Assembly (NCBI GenBank): GCA_048222005.1
Contig: DBFWRP010000108.1
Span: forward strand, 1 to 38,662
DNA length: 38,662 nucleotides
Reading direction: 5' to 3'
Origin: Muribaculaceae bacterium
Lineage (GTDB): Bacteria > Bacteroidota > Bacteroidia > Bacteroidales > Muribaculaceae
The number at the start of each line of letters is the position of its first letter. The stretch's first letter is position 1. Both the position numbers and the translations under genes were made by a program. This document shows, piece by piece, positions 14,939 to 24,331 of the stretch. A model generated the notes under the pieces. That model was not told the origin of the DNA, did not search any database, and worked only from the letters and a program-made list of their open reading frames with translations.

Positions 14939-17374
14939 GTGAATATACCGACTTATGTAAAAAACGCCGGACAGGGCATGCTTGCCGCAGTCATGGCAGT
15001 TATACCGACCCTATCTTCGGCCGCTGAACCGGTGGGCTACTACTCATCGTGCGAAGGGAAAAACGGCGAGGCACTTCTGACAGAACTGTATCACACCATT
15101 TCGGAACACGTCAACGTTGGCTACAACGGCCTGTGGGAGGTGTATACCGAATCGGACGTACGCCCTGACGGTACCCTGTGGGACATATATTCCACCAAGG
15201 CATGGCCCGTGAATTTCACGAAATGCGGCAACTATTCAGTTGTCGGCGACTGTGTGAACCGCGAGCACTCGCTCCCCAAAAGCTGGTGGGGAGGCAGTCA
15301 GGAGCCGCAGTATTCCGACGCCTACCACCTCTATCCCACAGACGGCCGTGTCAACGGCCAGCGCAGCAATTACCCCTACGGGGAATGCCGCAACGGCTCA
15401 CAACTCCCGGCCAGCGGTAATGTGAAGCCATTAGGACGTCTCGGCACAAGCACATTCGGCGATTACACCGGTACCGTGTTCGAACCTGACGACGAATACA
15501 AGGGCGATCTGGCACGCTCGTACTTTTACATGGCCGCCTGCTACAACCAGATAATCTCCACTTTCACCGAGAAAGAGGGTGCGGTGATGTTCAACGGCAC
15601 GGATTTCCCGGCATTCACCGACTATGGCCGCGACCTGCTGCTTAAATGGCACCGCCAGGATCCAGTGAGCCCCAAAGAGGAGGCCCGCAACGAGGCCATT
15701 ACACGCTGGCAGAAAAACCGCAATCCGTTCATCGACCATCCCGAGATGGTGGAACACATATGGGGCGACAAATCCGCGGAAGCCTGGACACTGGCATCCG
15801 CCGGCATTCCGCACATCATTACGCCGGTGGACGGCAGCACAATTGAAGTGGGAACAACTGCCCTGAATGTTGCCCGAACCAAAAGGGTTGAGGTAAAGGG
15901 TGTATGCCTCACTGAGAATATCACGGTGAGCATTGCCGGTGAAGGATTCAGTGTCTCGGCCACAGCCCTCACAGCCGAGGCTGTAAACAACGGCACAGCC
16001 CTCACCATCGTTTATGAATCATCTACACCGGCTACAAGCACCGCCACCCTGACACTGAGCAACTCTCAGACAGAAACCGTGTGCCCTGTCAGCGCCGCTG
16101 CCATCGACGGCCTCCCCGCCGGTCCGGCAGTCAACGTAAGCTCCACCTCATTCGAGGCCACCTGGAGCTGCATCGACGAAGGTTCGGTTGACTACACACT
16201 GAATGTGATGCGCGATGGCGTGTCAATCGCAGGCTATCCTGTACAGGTGCCTGCAGAAGATGAATCGTTCTTGGTTGAGGACCTTGAATCCGGCACAACC
16301 TACACATATACAGTAGCCTCGGCTACACGTACATCTGCGCCCGTCACCGTAACAACCACCGAAGTGATTCCGTCCGTACAGATTCTTTTCGATGGTGAAC
16401 TGCAGTTCGCCGCACCGAAGGGAACCGCCTCGGAAATTGCGGAACTGCTTGTCGATGCGGAAAACGTTCCCGGCAACATCACCATAACCGTCGCCGAACC
16501 CTTCAGTCTGTCGACCGACAAGGCCACATGGACCCAAAGTATCGTGCTCACCCCCGATGAGGAGCGTTTCTACATGCGCCTGTACGGCAATGAGCCGGGC
16601 GACTACACCACGGCACTCTCCGTAGCAGCTGACGGATATTTCAACGACGACATTGAGGTGTCAGGCACCATCACCGACACTGCAGGAGCGTTCTGCGAGA
16701 CATTTGAGACTGCCACAAAAGGGTATGATGAAGCCGACTATCAAGGTTCCGCTGCCATGTGGCGCACGAACGGATATGTGGGAACTTCCGATCCCACCCA
16801 TGGAGGCAAGCAATGTCTGCGCATGAACAACAAGGGTGCCGGATTACTCTACATGCTCGAGGACAAAGCAAACGGAATGGGCACACTCTCTTTCTGGGCC
16901 AAGCCCTGGGACAACGATGTCCTTACGGTGACCTTCAACGTGTCAGTTTCCGCCGATCAGGGCGCAACATGGGAAAACGCAGGATCAGTGACCGTCTCAG
17001 GTGAGAAAGGTGGCGAATACAAACTCTACACCCTCCCCATCAACCGCGAAGGCAACCTGCGTCTGCGCATCGACCAGCCGCAGAAAGCCCGCACTATGGT
17101 CGACGATATAACCATCACAGACCACACTGGTGCATCCGGCATCGAGGAGGCAAACGCCACTGAATACCACACCTGGGATGCCTATTGCCGCAACGGACAG
17201 CTTGTGATAGAGAATTCCGGCGAACGCAACGACAACTTCGCCAGCGTCTACAGCGTTGACGGCACAAGCCGGTATGCATCGCTGCTCCCCTCGGGCGAGA
17301 CTTCGCTCACTCTCCCCGCAGGACTTTACATCGTTGTGGTCCGCGACTTTGCCCGCAGGGTTGTAGTAAAATAA
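14939..17374 (+). CDS. Secreted endonuclease I-family (Bsn/EndA-like) nuclease with Ig/FN3-like domains and a T9SS-type C-terminal domain
   Basis: NREHSLPKSWW, DAYHLYPTDGRVNGQRSNYPYG, FEPDDEYKGDLARSYFYM and QKNRNPFIDHPE; signal-peptide-like N-terminus; C-terminal VYSVDG...LPAGLYIVVV...RVVVK. Start uncertain (GTG 14939 preferred, ATG 14888 possible). Confidence 0.88.
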   Translation: MNIPTYVKNAGQGMLAAVMAVIPTLSSAAEPVGYYSSCEGKNGEALLTELYHTISEHVNVGYNGLWEVYTESDVRPDGTLWDIYSTKAWPVNFTKCGNYSVVGDCVNREHSLPKSWWGGSQEPQYSDAYHLYPTDGRVNGQRSNYPYGECRNGSQLPASGNVKPLGRLGTSTFGDYTGTVFEPDDEYKGDLARSYFYMAACYNQIISTFTEKEGAVMFNGTDFPAFTDYGRDLLLKWHRQDPVSPKEEARNEAITRWQKNRNPFIDHPEMVEHIWGDKSAEAWTLASAGIPHIITPVDGSTIEVGTTALNVARTKRVEVKGVCLTENITVSIAGEGFSVSATALTAEAVNNGTALTIVYESSTPATSTATLTLSNSQTETVCPVSAAAIDGLPAGPAVNVSSTSFEATWSCIDEGSVDYTLNVMRDGVSIAGYPVQVPAEDESFLVEDLESGTTYTYTVASATRTSAPVTVTTTEVIPSVQILFDGELQFAAPKGTASEIAELLVDAENVPGNITITVAEPFSLSTDKATWTQSIVLTPDEERFYMRLYGNEPGDYTTALSVAADGYFNDDIEVSGTITDTAGAFCETFETATKGYDEADYQGSAAMWRTNGYVGTSDPTHGGKQCLRMNNKGAGLLYMLEDKANGMGTLSFWAKPWDNDVLTVTFNVSVSADQGATWENAGSVTVSGEKGGEYKLYTLPINREGNLRLRIDQPQKARTMVDDITITDHTGASGIEEANATEYHTWDAYCRNGQLVIENSGERNDNFASVYSVDGTSRYASLLPSGETSLTLPAGLYIVVVRDFARRVVVK

Positions 17375-17434
17375 GGGCACAAGCGAAACTACGGTGCTTT
17401 TGATTCTTGTAAATAGCCGTGGTATCAATCAAAA

Positions 17435-17524
17435 TGTAGGGACATGCCTTTGGCATGTGAATCAGGCGTGTGATAATATTCATAAAATCAAAGCAGTTCC
17501 ACATGCCGAAGGCATGTCCCTACA
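17435..17524. repeat. Inverted doublet of 25-bp GTAG REP-like palindromes (REPIN-like)
   Basis: 17435-17459 TGTAGGGACATGCCTTTGGCATGTG; the reverse complement of 17500-17524 is TGTAGGGACATGCCTTCGGCATGTG (24/25 identical); 40-bp spacer. Confidence 0.8.
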
Positions 17525-17605
17525 AGGTTGTGAAAACATCTGCAGATTGCCTTGCTCCGGTATTTCAGCAAGCCGAAATAAGCAAGGTTGCGATGAAATA
17601 AAAGG

Positions 17606-18313
17606 TTATTTGCGCAGCACGGGCCAGACAAATCCTTTCAGTTTCCTTACCAGTTCGGCCTCACGGCCACCGAGGTAAGAGTCGAGCAACGCATGAAACC
17701 GCGGGCTGTGGTTCATTTCGGTGAGATGCGCCAGTTCGTGATATATCACATAATCAGATAGCTCCAGCGGCAGGAACACCAGCACATGGCTCAGGGAGAT
17801 TATCCCGTTGGACGAACATTGCCCGAGAATGCGGTGCCCGCGCGATATGCGCCATCCGCCGGGCTGACGCCCCACGCGGCTTGCCAATTCCTTTGCACGC
17901 GGTATCAGCAACTCAGGCGCCACCGAGGCTGCTATGCGGCACAGCACATCGCTGATGCCTGCCGTAGTGGAGGTGTCGCCAAAGTCCCTTTCTGTTCCCA
18001 CACCCACTACAGAATGAGGCACAGAGGCGCGGCCAAGCACTCGGTCGGGCCGGATGCTCTGGGTGGTGACAGTAACCGAAAAACATGGAAATTCAAGCGT
18101 CTGGCCCTCGTGATATGCGAGTGTCGGGCGCTTTGCCATCAGTCTCGGCGCCATATCGTCGAGAATCTCCTCAAGCCGGTGCCGTGGCATGCCTGCAGGC
18201 ACATTAACGCAGACAACGCCGTTCTTCCAACGGGCGGTGATGCTGCGCGAGGCCGCACGCACGGTGATTCTGACATTACCGAGCAGATGATGTTGCAGAA
18301 TATGGATTGACAT
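17606..18313 (-). CDS. YgjP/DUF45 (SprT/M48-like) zinc metallohydrolase
   Basis: GQCSSNGIISLS...DYVIYHELAHLTEMNHSPRFH (HExxH). Confidence 0.9.
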   Translation of the reverse strand: MSIHILQHHLLGNVRITVRAASRSITARWKNGVVCVNVPAGMPRHRLEEILDDMAPRLMAKRPTLAYHEGQTLEFPCFSVTVTTQSIRPDRVLGRASVPHSVVGVGTERDFGDTSTTAGISDVLCRIAASVAPELLIPRAKELASRVGRQPGGWRISRGHRILGQCSSNGIISLSHVLVFLPLELSDYVIYHELAHLTEMNHSPRFHALLDSYLGGREAELVRKLKGFVWPVLRK

Positions 18314-18327
18314 CTCCTATTACCTCC

Positions 18328-19200
18328 TCAGCGCACACCTCCCATGCCGAGCTTGTCGCGCAGCGTATCGGTGAAAGCATGTCCGGGCTGAACCACAAGA
18401 TTCACATTGAACGGTGCTCGCGTCACCACAAGCTGTGTGTCGAGCGGAAGCGACTGCGACTTGCCGTCGACCGACAGACGGTAGCCGGTTCCGCGGGTAT
18501 CAACAGAAATCCGTATTTCCGACCGGCTGCTGACCACCAGCGGCCGCATCGACAGCGAATGCGCAGCTATAGGCGAAATCACCCAGCCTTCGAGAGTCGG
18601 AGCGAGAATAGGGCCGCCCACCGAAAGATTATAGGCCGTGGAACCTGTGGGGGTGGCGATTATAAGCCCGTCGCCAAGATAATTGAGCGATGAAGTGCCG
18701 TCGATTGTTACGGCAAGATTTAGCATGGCGGCATTGTCGCCGCGTGTGATTGCAATCTCGTTGAGTGCATGGAGGGGATGGTGAGAAGCGTCGCCGGATA
18801 GCGTCACATCTATCAAGGCACGCTGCTCCACAGGGCATTTCCCTGCAAGCAGACAGTTGTATATCTCCTCCTCGTTGTCGAAGGTGAATGCCGACAGATA
18901 GCCCAGATGACCGGTGTTGATACCGGCCACAGGCGTTGACTCCTCGCCAATCCAGCGGGCGGTTTTCAGAAACGCTCCGTCTCCGCCGATGCTTATTGCG
19001 AGGTCGGCATGCGGGCGGGCAGTAAGCGGCATACGGTCAAGGCCAAAGCCGAAACGCGGACCGATATTGGCTTCCAGATAGTCGAGAAACACTTCGGCAA
19101 TCTCAACGTCGTCGCCCCGCTTCACCAAAGTGTTCACAAGACGTTCAATCTGTCCGAAATGCCCCTCCTGATGCCGGTTACCATTGATAGCTACTCTCAT
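18328..19200 (-). CDS. nadK: NAD kinase
   Basis: SIGGDGAFL, GINTGHLGYL, ALNE and GDGLIIATPTGSTAYNLSVGGP; start ATG 19200. Confidence 0.96.
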   Translation of the reverse strand: MRVAINGNRHQEGHFGQIERLVNTLVKRGDDVEIAEVFLDYLEANIGPRFGFGLDRMPLTARPHADLAISIGGDGAFLKTARWIGEESTPVAGINTGHLGYLSAFTFDNEEEIYNCLLAGKCPVEQRALIDVTLSGDASHHPLHALNEIAITRGDNAAMLNLAVTIDGTSSLNYLGDGLIIATPTGSTAYNLSVGGPILAPTLEGWVISPIAAHSLSMRPLVVSSRSEIRISVDTRGTGYRLSVDGKSQSLPLDTQLVVTRAPFNVNLVVQPGHAFTDTLRDKLGMGGVR

Positions 19201-19266
19201 ATGCCGTTGTGTTTTGTTCGTTATGAATATCTTTCGCCGGGAAGATGCCCCGGCAGGCAAAAAACG

Positions 19267-19656
19267 CTACATCTCCAGATAGCGCAGCAGTTCGTTGATG
19301 CGGGCGCGTGCCTCGGTCTGCTCGCCCTCCGACAGGTCGCCGCGGCTGAAAATCGTCTCATAGCCGTAGCGCGCGAGTGAACGCTCGATCGAGGCGGCGT
19401 TGCGGGTGTTCACACGCAACATCACCACCGGACGCCCGGCGGCATCGCGCATGGAGGTCACTGAAAGTGCCAGCAGCTGCGCATCGCAGTCCTCCACAGC
19501 CCGGGCCATGGCCGAAGCGCTGTAGGCATCCGGCAGGCATGCCACCAGCAGCTCGCAGCTGTCGGAGCGGCGGGGGAGAAGTGCCTCGGCTTCTTCTGAC
19601 GTCGGAAGTTCCGCCGCCATGTAGCGTTTCAGTGTTTCATTTACAGGTGCTGACAT
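19267..19656 (-). CDS. Hypothetical protein resembling the C-terminal ACT-like part of the Bacteroidetes CBS-domain protein upstream of NAD kinase
   Basis: YSASAMARAVEDCDAQLL...VMLRVN...IERSLARYGY...RINELLRYLEM; no CBS pair present. Confidence 0.6.
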   Translation of the reverse strand: MSAPVNETLKRYMAAELPTSEEAEALLPRRSDSCELLVACLPDAYSASAMARAVEDCDAQLLALSVTSMRDAAGRPVVMLRVNTRNAASIERSLARYGYETIFSRGDLSEGEQTEARARINELLRYLEM

Positions 19657-19746
19657 TCGATTTATGCATTTTCCGTCCGCTTACGTCGCGGTTTCGTGCT
19701 GTAAAAATTTTTTACGCAGTTTCTGAATTCTCTTGAATTTTCTGCT

Positions 19747-19803
19747 TAATTTTGTAGTCGGATTGTTACCGGGTGTAAGCCGGCCACATCATCCACAAAG
19801 TTA
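19747..19803. promoter_or_regulatory. Opposed -7 elements: TAATTTTG (+, 19747-19754) and TAACTTTG (-, 19796-19803)
   Basis: Both match TAnnTTTG in the divergent intergenic region. Confidence 0.5.
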
Positions 19804-19868
19804 TGTAATTTCGCCGATTCAGAAAACACATTAACGGCGGGATTAAAAAAATTTTTCATTGAGCTACA

Positions 19869-20585
19869 ATGACCACCAACCTAAGTGTAAATATCAACAA
19901 GATTGCCACTTTGCGCAATGCCCGGGGGGAAAACAATCCCGATGTGGCGCGTGTGGCGGTTGACTGCGAACAGTTCGGAGCCGACGGCATCACCGTGCAT
20001 CCGCGCCCTGACCAACGACATATACGCCGCGACGACGTCATCACACTCCGTCCGCTGGTAAAGACAGAATTCAACATTGAGGGCTATCCCTCACCGGAAT
20101 TCATGGAACTTGTGCTGATGGTGAAACCCGAACAGGTGACACTTGTGCCCGACGCACCGGACGCACTTACATCGAACGCCGGATGGGACGTGGCTGCCAA
20201 TATGGAATTCCTTACCGGCATTATCGACCGTCTGCGCGAGGCCGGTATCCGCAGTTCCATCTTCGTGGGAACCGACATAGAGAACATCCGTCAGGCCGCC
20301 AAGACCGGCGCCGACCGTGTGGAACTGTACACTAAGCCCTATGCCGACCAGTATCCCCACAACCCCGAAGCCGCCGTGCAGCCGTTTGTAGAGGCATCAC
20401 GTGCCGCACGCAAAGTAGGCCTCGGAGTGAATGCCGGACATGACTTAAGTCTGGAGAACCTGCGCTATTTCAAAGAGAACGTGCCATATCTCAACGAGGT
20501 GTCGATAGGCCACGCCCTTATTTGCGATGCCCTCTATCTCGGCCTCCCCGAAACCATCGCCCGCTACAAAGCCTGCCTAAAATAA
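19869..20585 (+). CDS. pdxJ: Pyridoxine 5'-phosphate synthase
   Basis: [45 protein letters not shown] and EVSIGHAL. Confidence 0.97.
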   Translation: MTTNLSVNINKIATLRNARGENNPDVARVAVDCEQFGADGITVHPRPDQRHIRRDDVITLRPLVKTEFNIEGYPSPEFMELVLMVKPEQVTLVPDAPDALTSNAGWDVAANMEFLTGIIDRLREAGIRSSIFVGTDIENIRQAAKTGADRVELYTKPYADQYPHNPEAAVQPFVEASRAARKVGLGVNAGHDLSLENLRYFKENVPYLNEVSIGHALICDALYLGLPETIARYKACLK

Positions 20586-20644
20586 CGGCCGACACGCCAA
20601 CACATTCCAAACTCATACTGCAAACACCAACACCTTCATAACCA

Positions 20645-21331
20645 ATGATTCTTCTCGACGCCGCCATCACCGGCACCCCTGCGGCTACTGCCGCCGTTAG
20701 CCAGCAAGTTGAACTCTCGCTCTGGGATCTCTGCCTGAAAGGAGGCCCGCTCATGATTGTGCTCGCCATCCTCTCGATTGTCAGCATCTACATTTTTGTG
20801 GAACGCGCCATCGTGGTGAACCGCGCGGCCCGCGAGGACGATTCATTCATGAAGCGCATCCGCGACTACATCCACGAAGGGGAGATTGAAAGTGCTTTCA
20901 ATCTCTGCAAAAAGAACGGTTCGCCCTATTCGCGCCTGATTGCCAAAGGTATCAGCCGCATAGGCCGTCCGGTCAACGACATTCTCGCCGCCGTGGAGAA
21001 CACGGGCAACATCGAGATTGCCAACCTGTCGAAAGGGCTCCCCTGGCTCGCCACCACTGCCGCCGGCGCCCCGATGCTCGGATTCCTCGGCACCGTGATC
21101 GGCATGGTGCAGGCATTCTATGCCATCGCCTCGGAGGGGAATTCGGCCAACATCGCCACATTCTCGTCGGGTATCTACACCGCCCTGGTCACCACCGTGG
21201 CCGGTCTGGTGGTAGGTGTAATCGCCCTGTTTGCCTACAACTATCTGGTGGCCCGCATCAACTCGGTGATGAACCTGCTCGAATCGAAGTCGATGGAATT
21301 CATGGACCTTCTCAACGAACCCGCCGCCTGA
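20645..21331 (+). CDS. exbB: MotA/TolQ/ExbB proton channel protein
   Basis: LATTAAGAPMLGFLGTVIGMVQAF...GIYTALVTTVAGL. Confidence 0.93.
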   Translation: MILLDAAITGTPAATAAVSQQVELSLWDLCLKGGPLMIVLAILSIVSIYIFVERAIVVNRAAREDDSFMKRIRDYIHEGEIESAFNLCKKNGSPYSRLIAKGISRIGRPVNDILAAVENTGNIEIANLSKGLPWLATTAAGAPMLGFLGTVIGMVQAFYAIASEGNSANIATFSSGIYTALVTTVAGLVVGVIALFAYNYLVARINSVMNLLESKSMEFMDLLNEPAA

Positions 21332-21385
21332 CGCGCCGGCGCACCATCCCACATTCTATCACTCAACCACTCCACAGCCTGAATC

Positions 21386-21880
21386 ATGCTGAAACGCCCC
21401 AATCAAATGATGGCAGCATTCTCGATGGCCTCAATGACCGACGTGATTTTCCTGCTGCTCATATTCTTCATGGTCACCTCCACCTTCGTGTTCCCCACCG
21501 GACTTGAGGTGTCGCTGCCTCAGAGCACCGAACAGAGCGCCGTGAAGCCCACCACACGCGTATATATCGACGCCGAACAGAATCTTTTCGCATCCACCGG
21601 CGAAGAACAGCCTCAGCCGCTGCAGACTGATGCCCTCGTGCCGTTCCTCAAACTGGCACAGCAGCAGGATTCCACCGGCTTCATTGCCCTCTATGCCGAC
21701 GAGACGGTGCCCTACGGCCGCATTGTGGAGGTGCTTAATGCCGGAGCGAGCAACAACCTGAAAATGGTGCTCGCCACCAAACCCGTGGCCAAACCTGCAG
21801 CCGAACCTATTCCGGCCGCTGTGGCCGCAACCGACCTCTCCACCAACCCTTCCGCCCCCGACGTAAAGGCCATAAAATAA
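21386..21880 (+). CDS. exbD: ExbD/TolR biopolymer transport protein
   Basis: SMTDVIFLLLIFFMVTS and LYADETVPYGRIVEVL. Confidence 0.93.
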   Translation: MLKRPNQMMAAFSMASMTDVIFLLLIFFMVTSTFVFPTGLEVSLPQSTEQSAVKPTTRVYIDAEQNLFASTGEEQPQPLQTDALVPFLKLAQQQDSTGFIALYADETVPYGRIVEVLNAGASNNLKMVLATKPVAKPAAEPIPAAVAATDLSTNPSAPDVKAIK

Positions 21881-21919
21881 CACGGTTGAACAAACCGAAA
21901 ACACGAACGCCTGTCACCA

Positions 21920-22723
21920 ATGCATAAATCCGACCGTATAATATCCCTCGCTGTCGCCCTGCTGTTTCATCTGGCGGTGCTGCTGATTTTTCTGCACACA
22001 TTTCTGCGCTTCCCGCCCGACGATGCAACACCGTGGCCTCCGCAGCCCGAGGAATCCATCGTTCTCGACGAGGTGGAGGAGCTGTATGCTTCCGGTGAAT
22101 TCGTAAGGACAGGCGACAACCTCGAAGAGCTCACCGCCCCCGACGAGCCGGAGCCATCGGACGTGAGCGACCCCGTGCCCACACAGGATGCCGCCGACCT
22201 TGAAAACATAGGCAAAGCCGCCACACCCAAACAGACCGTCACCAGCGAGCAGCCATCGCCGGCAAAGGTGGAGAAAAAACAGAAAGGCCCCACCAAGGAG
22301 GAACTGCAGCGCGAAAAAGAACGTCAGGAGGCCCGACGCCAGCAGCAGGCCAAAAAGAACGTGGCCGACGCCACCAAAAAGGCTTTCGGCGGAGGCAAAG
22401 GGAAAGGCACAAGCGGTTCGGCCGAAGGAAACTCCACCACCGGAGCCACCAGCGGCACACCCGGCAACGGACTCAAAGGGCGCACAATCGAGAACTGGAC
22501 TTCGGTGCCCTCTACCAAACTCGGCGTCATAGCCATACGGGTCAAAGTGGATGCGCAGGGACATGTGCTGAGCGCCACCTACGATGCTGCCCGCAGCTCA
22601 GGACCGGTAGCTGCCGACGCGAAAATGCGCCAGAACTGCATAGCGCGTACAAAGCAGTGCCGCTTCTCGGTTCTTGAAGGCTCGCCCGACCAGTCAGGCA
22701 CCGTCACCTGGGCATTCAAATAA
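21920..22723 (+). CDS. TonB/TolA-like energy transducer
   Basis: N-terminal TM with His (LFHLAV), acidic/Pro- and Lys-rich linker, Gly-rich segment and TonB_C-like end; follows exbBD. Confidence 0.8.
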   Translation: MHKSDRIISLAVALLFHLAVLLIFLHTFLRFPPDDATPWPPQPEESIVLDEVEELYASGEFVRTGDNLEELTAPDEPEPSDVSDPVPTQDAADLENIGKAATPKQTVTSEQPSPAKVEKKQKGPTKEELQREKERQEARRQQQAKKNVADATKKAFGGGKGKGTSGSAEGNSTTGATSGTPGNGLKGRTIENWTSVPSTKLGVIAIRVKVDAQGHVLSATYDAARSSGPVAADAKMRQNCIARTKQCRFSVLEGSPDQSGTVTWAFK

Positions 22724-23641
22724 TCCGGCTGCGGCATCGCGTTTAAGCCCTTCGAGTTTCACCCTTTTCACCGGCGAATGCGCGAAAAGCGCCGAAAAAC
22801 GCTCCTGCGTCATCTCCAGCACATCGGCGCGTGTAAGATTTTTCAATGCCGGACGCAGGCGGAATTCATCAATTTCAGTAGGAACAGGGGAGGAGTTGTG
22901 CACACACACCTCCTGACAGGTGTCGCACCCGTATAAGCGGCGTCCAAGGACGGCGCTGACCGGGCGTCCGTCGACCTCGCGCGGCATCCCGCCGCGATGC
23001 TCGATGGTAAGGTAGGAGAGACACCGGCGTGCATCAAACCCGCCGTCGGCCCTCAACGCACCCCCGGGACATGCAGCGACACACCGTCCGCACCCGTCGC
23101 ACGACAATGTGCACGGCGCATCCGGCTCCAGCTCCGCGGAAGTAAGGATTTCAGCAAGAAAAAAGTAACTCCCCTTGCCCGGCACGATGAGCATGCGGTT
23201 GCGCCCTATGAAGCCAACACCGGCCTGCACGGCCCAGTAACGCTCAAGCACCGGCGCCGAGTCCACACACACGCGTGCAGTGTGTCCCGCATCACGCAGC
23301 AAAGCCGCTGCAGGCTCCAGACGCTTGCACAGCACCTCATGATAGTCGCTGCCATGGGCATACATGGCTATTCGTGCCGCCTGCGGATGCTGCGTCTCGC
23401 CATGGTAATATGAGAAGGCGCACACCATGACAGTGCGCGCACCTTCCGACATCACGGCCGGATTGCGTCGAAGTTCAGGATAATTTGACAGATAGTCCAT
23501 CCCACCGCCATCCCCGCGGCCGAGCCAGCGTGTGTATTTCTCCCAATGCATATGGTTCACTTCGCCACAGCGGGCAAATCCCACAGCCTGCGCGCCGGCA
23601 TCATTGGCCGCCTGAATGAGCTTTTGCCTGAGAGAATGCAT
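22694..23641 (-). CDS. queG: tRNA epoxyqueuosine(34) reductase
   Basis: YAHGSDYH, VDSAPVLER, GSYFFLAE, CDGCGRCVAACP, RRCLSYLTIE and GCDTCQEVC; start reassigned to ATG 23641. Confidence 0.94.
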   Translation of the reverse strand: MHSLRQKLIQAANDAGAQAVGFARCGEVNHMHWEKYTRWLGRGDGGGMDYLSNYPELRRNPAVMSEGARTVMVCAFSYYHGETQHPQAARIAMYAHGSDYHEVLCKRLEPAAALLRDAGHTARVCVDSAPVLERYWAVQAGVGFIGRNRMLIVPGKGSYFFLAEILTSAELEPDAPCTLSCDGCGRCVAACPGGALRADGGFDARRCLSYLTIEHRGGMPREVDGRPVSAVLGRRLYGCDTCQEVCVHNSSPVPTEIDEFRLRPALKNLTRADVLEMTQERFSALFAHSPVKRVKLEGLKRDAAAGLFECPGDGA

Positions 23642-23702
23642 CTGGAATGGACGGGAATGTAGGAACAGGCTTAAAAATGGCATTTTAAAGCGGTTCTGAC
23701 GC

Positions 23703-24320
23703 TCACATGGGGAGCGGACAGAACTTGTATCCTCTGGCCAAAAGCCACTCGATAGCACGCGGCAAAACGGCCTTCATGTTCCGCTCTGCCTTGAGCGAAT
23801 CGTGAAACACGATTATAGAGCCATTGCGCGCATAACGCTTCACATTGCCGAACACCTGCTCCGGACTGAGTTTTTTTGAATAATCGCGGGTGACAAGGTC
23901 ATACATGATGATATTGTACCTGTCCTTGATAGCGCGCGACTGCTTCCACCGCAGCAATCCGTGAGGAGGCCGGAACAGCGCGCTTCCAATGAGATCGTTG
24001 GCCTCGGTTATGTCGTGCATATAGCGGTAGGACGACACTTTCATCCCCTGCAGATGATGCATGGTGTGGTTGCCATAACTATGGCCGCGGCGGCGCACCT
24101 CCTCATACAATTCAGGGTTGCGGGCCACATTGTCGCCTACCATGAAGAAGGTGGCCTTGATGCCGTAACGGTCGAGCGTGTCGAGCACCCAAGGGGTCAC
24201 CTCGGGTACCGGACCGTCGTCGAACGTCAGAAACACTACCTTCTCCTTATGGTGCTTTATGCGCCACACGGCCTCGGGAAAGAGGAGGCGGTAGAAAAGA
24301 GGCGGTTGTTCAATCAGCAT
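23703..24320 (-). CDS. Polysaccharide deacetylase (CE4/NodB)
   Basis: LTFDDGP, GNHTMHH, FRPPHG and GSIIVFHD. Confidence 0.93.
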   Translation of the reverse strand: MLIEQPPLFYRLLFPEAVWRIKHHKEKVVFLTFDDGPVPEVTPWVLDTLDRYGIKATFFMVGDNVARNPELYEEVRRRGHSYGNHTMHHLQGMKVSSYRYMHDITEANDLIGSALFRPPHGLLRWKQSRAIKDRYNIIMYDLVTRDYSKKLSPEQVFGNVKRYARNGSIIVFHDSLKAERNMKAVLPRAIEWLLARGYKFCPLPM

Positions 24321-24331
24321 TTCAGACTAAA

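Noticed and set aside
17435..17524. Repeat-spacer-repeat as a mini CRISPR array
   Set aside because: The two repeats are inverted rather than direct, and no cas genes are present.
22694..22723. 30-bp convergent overlap of the tonB-like gene and queG
   Set aside because: Short tail-to-tail overlaps are common; no further signal.
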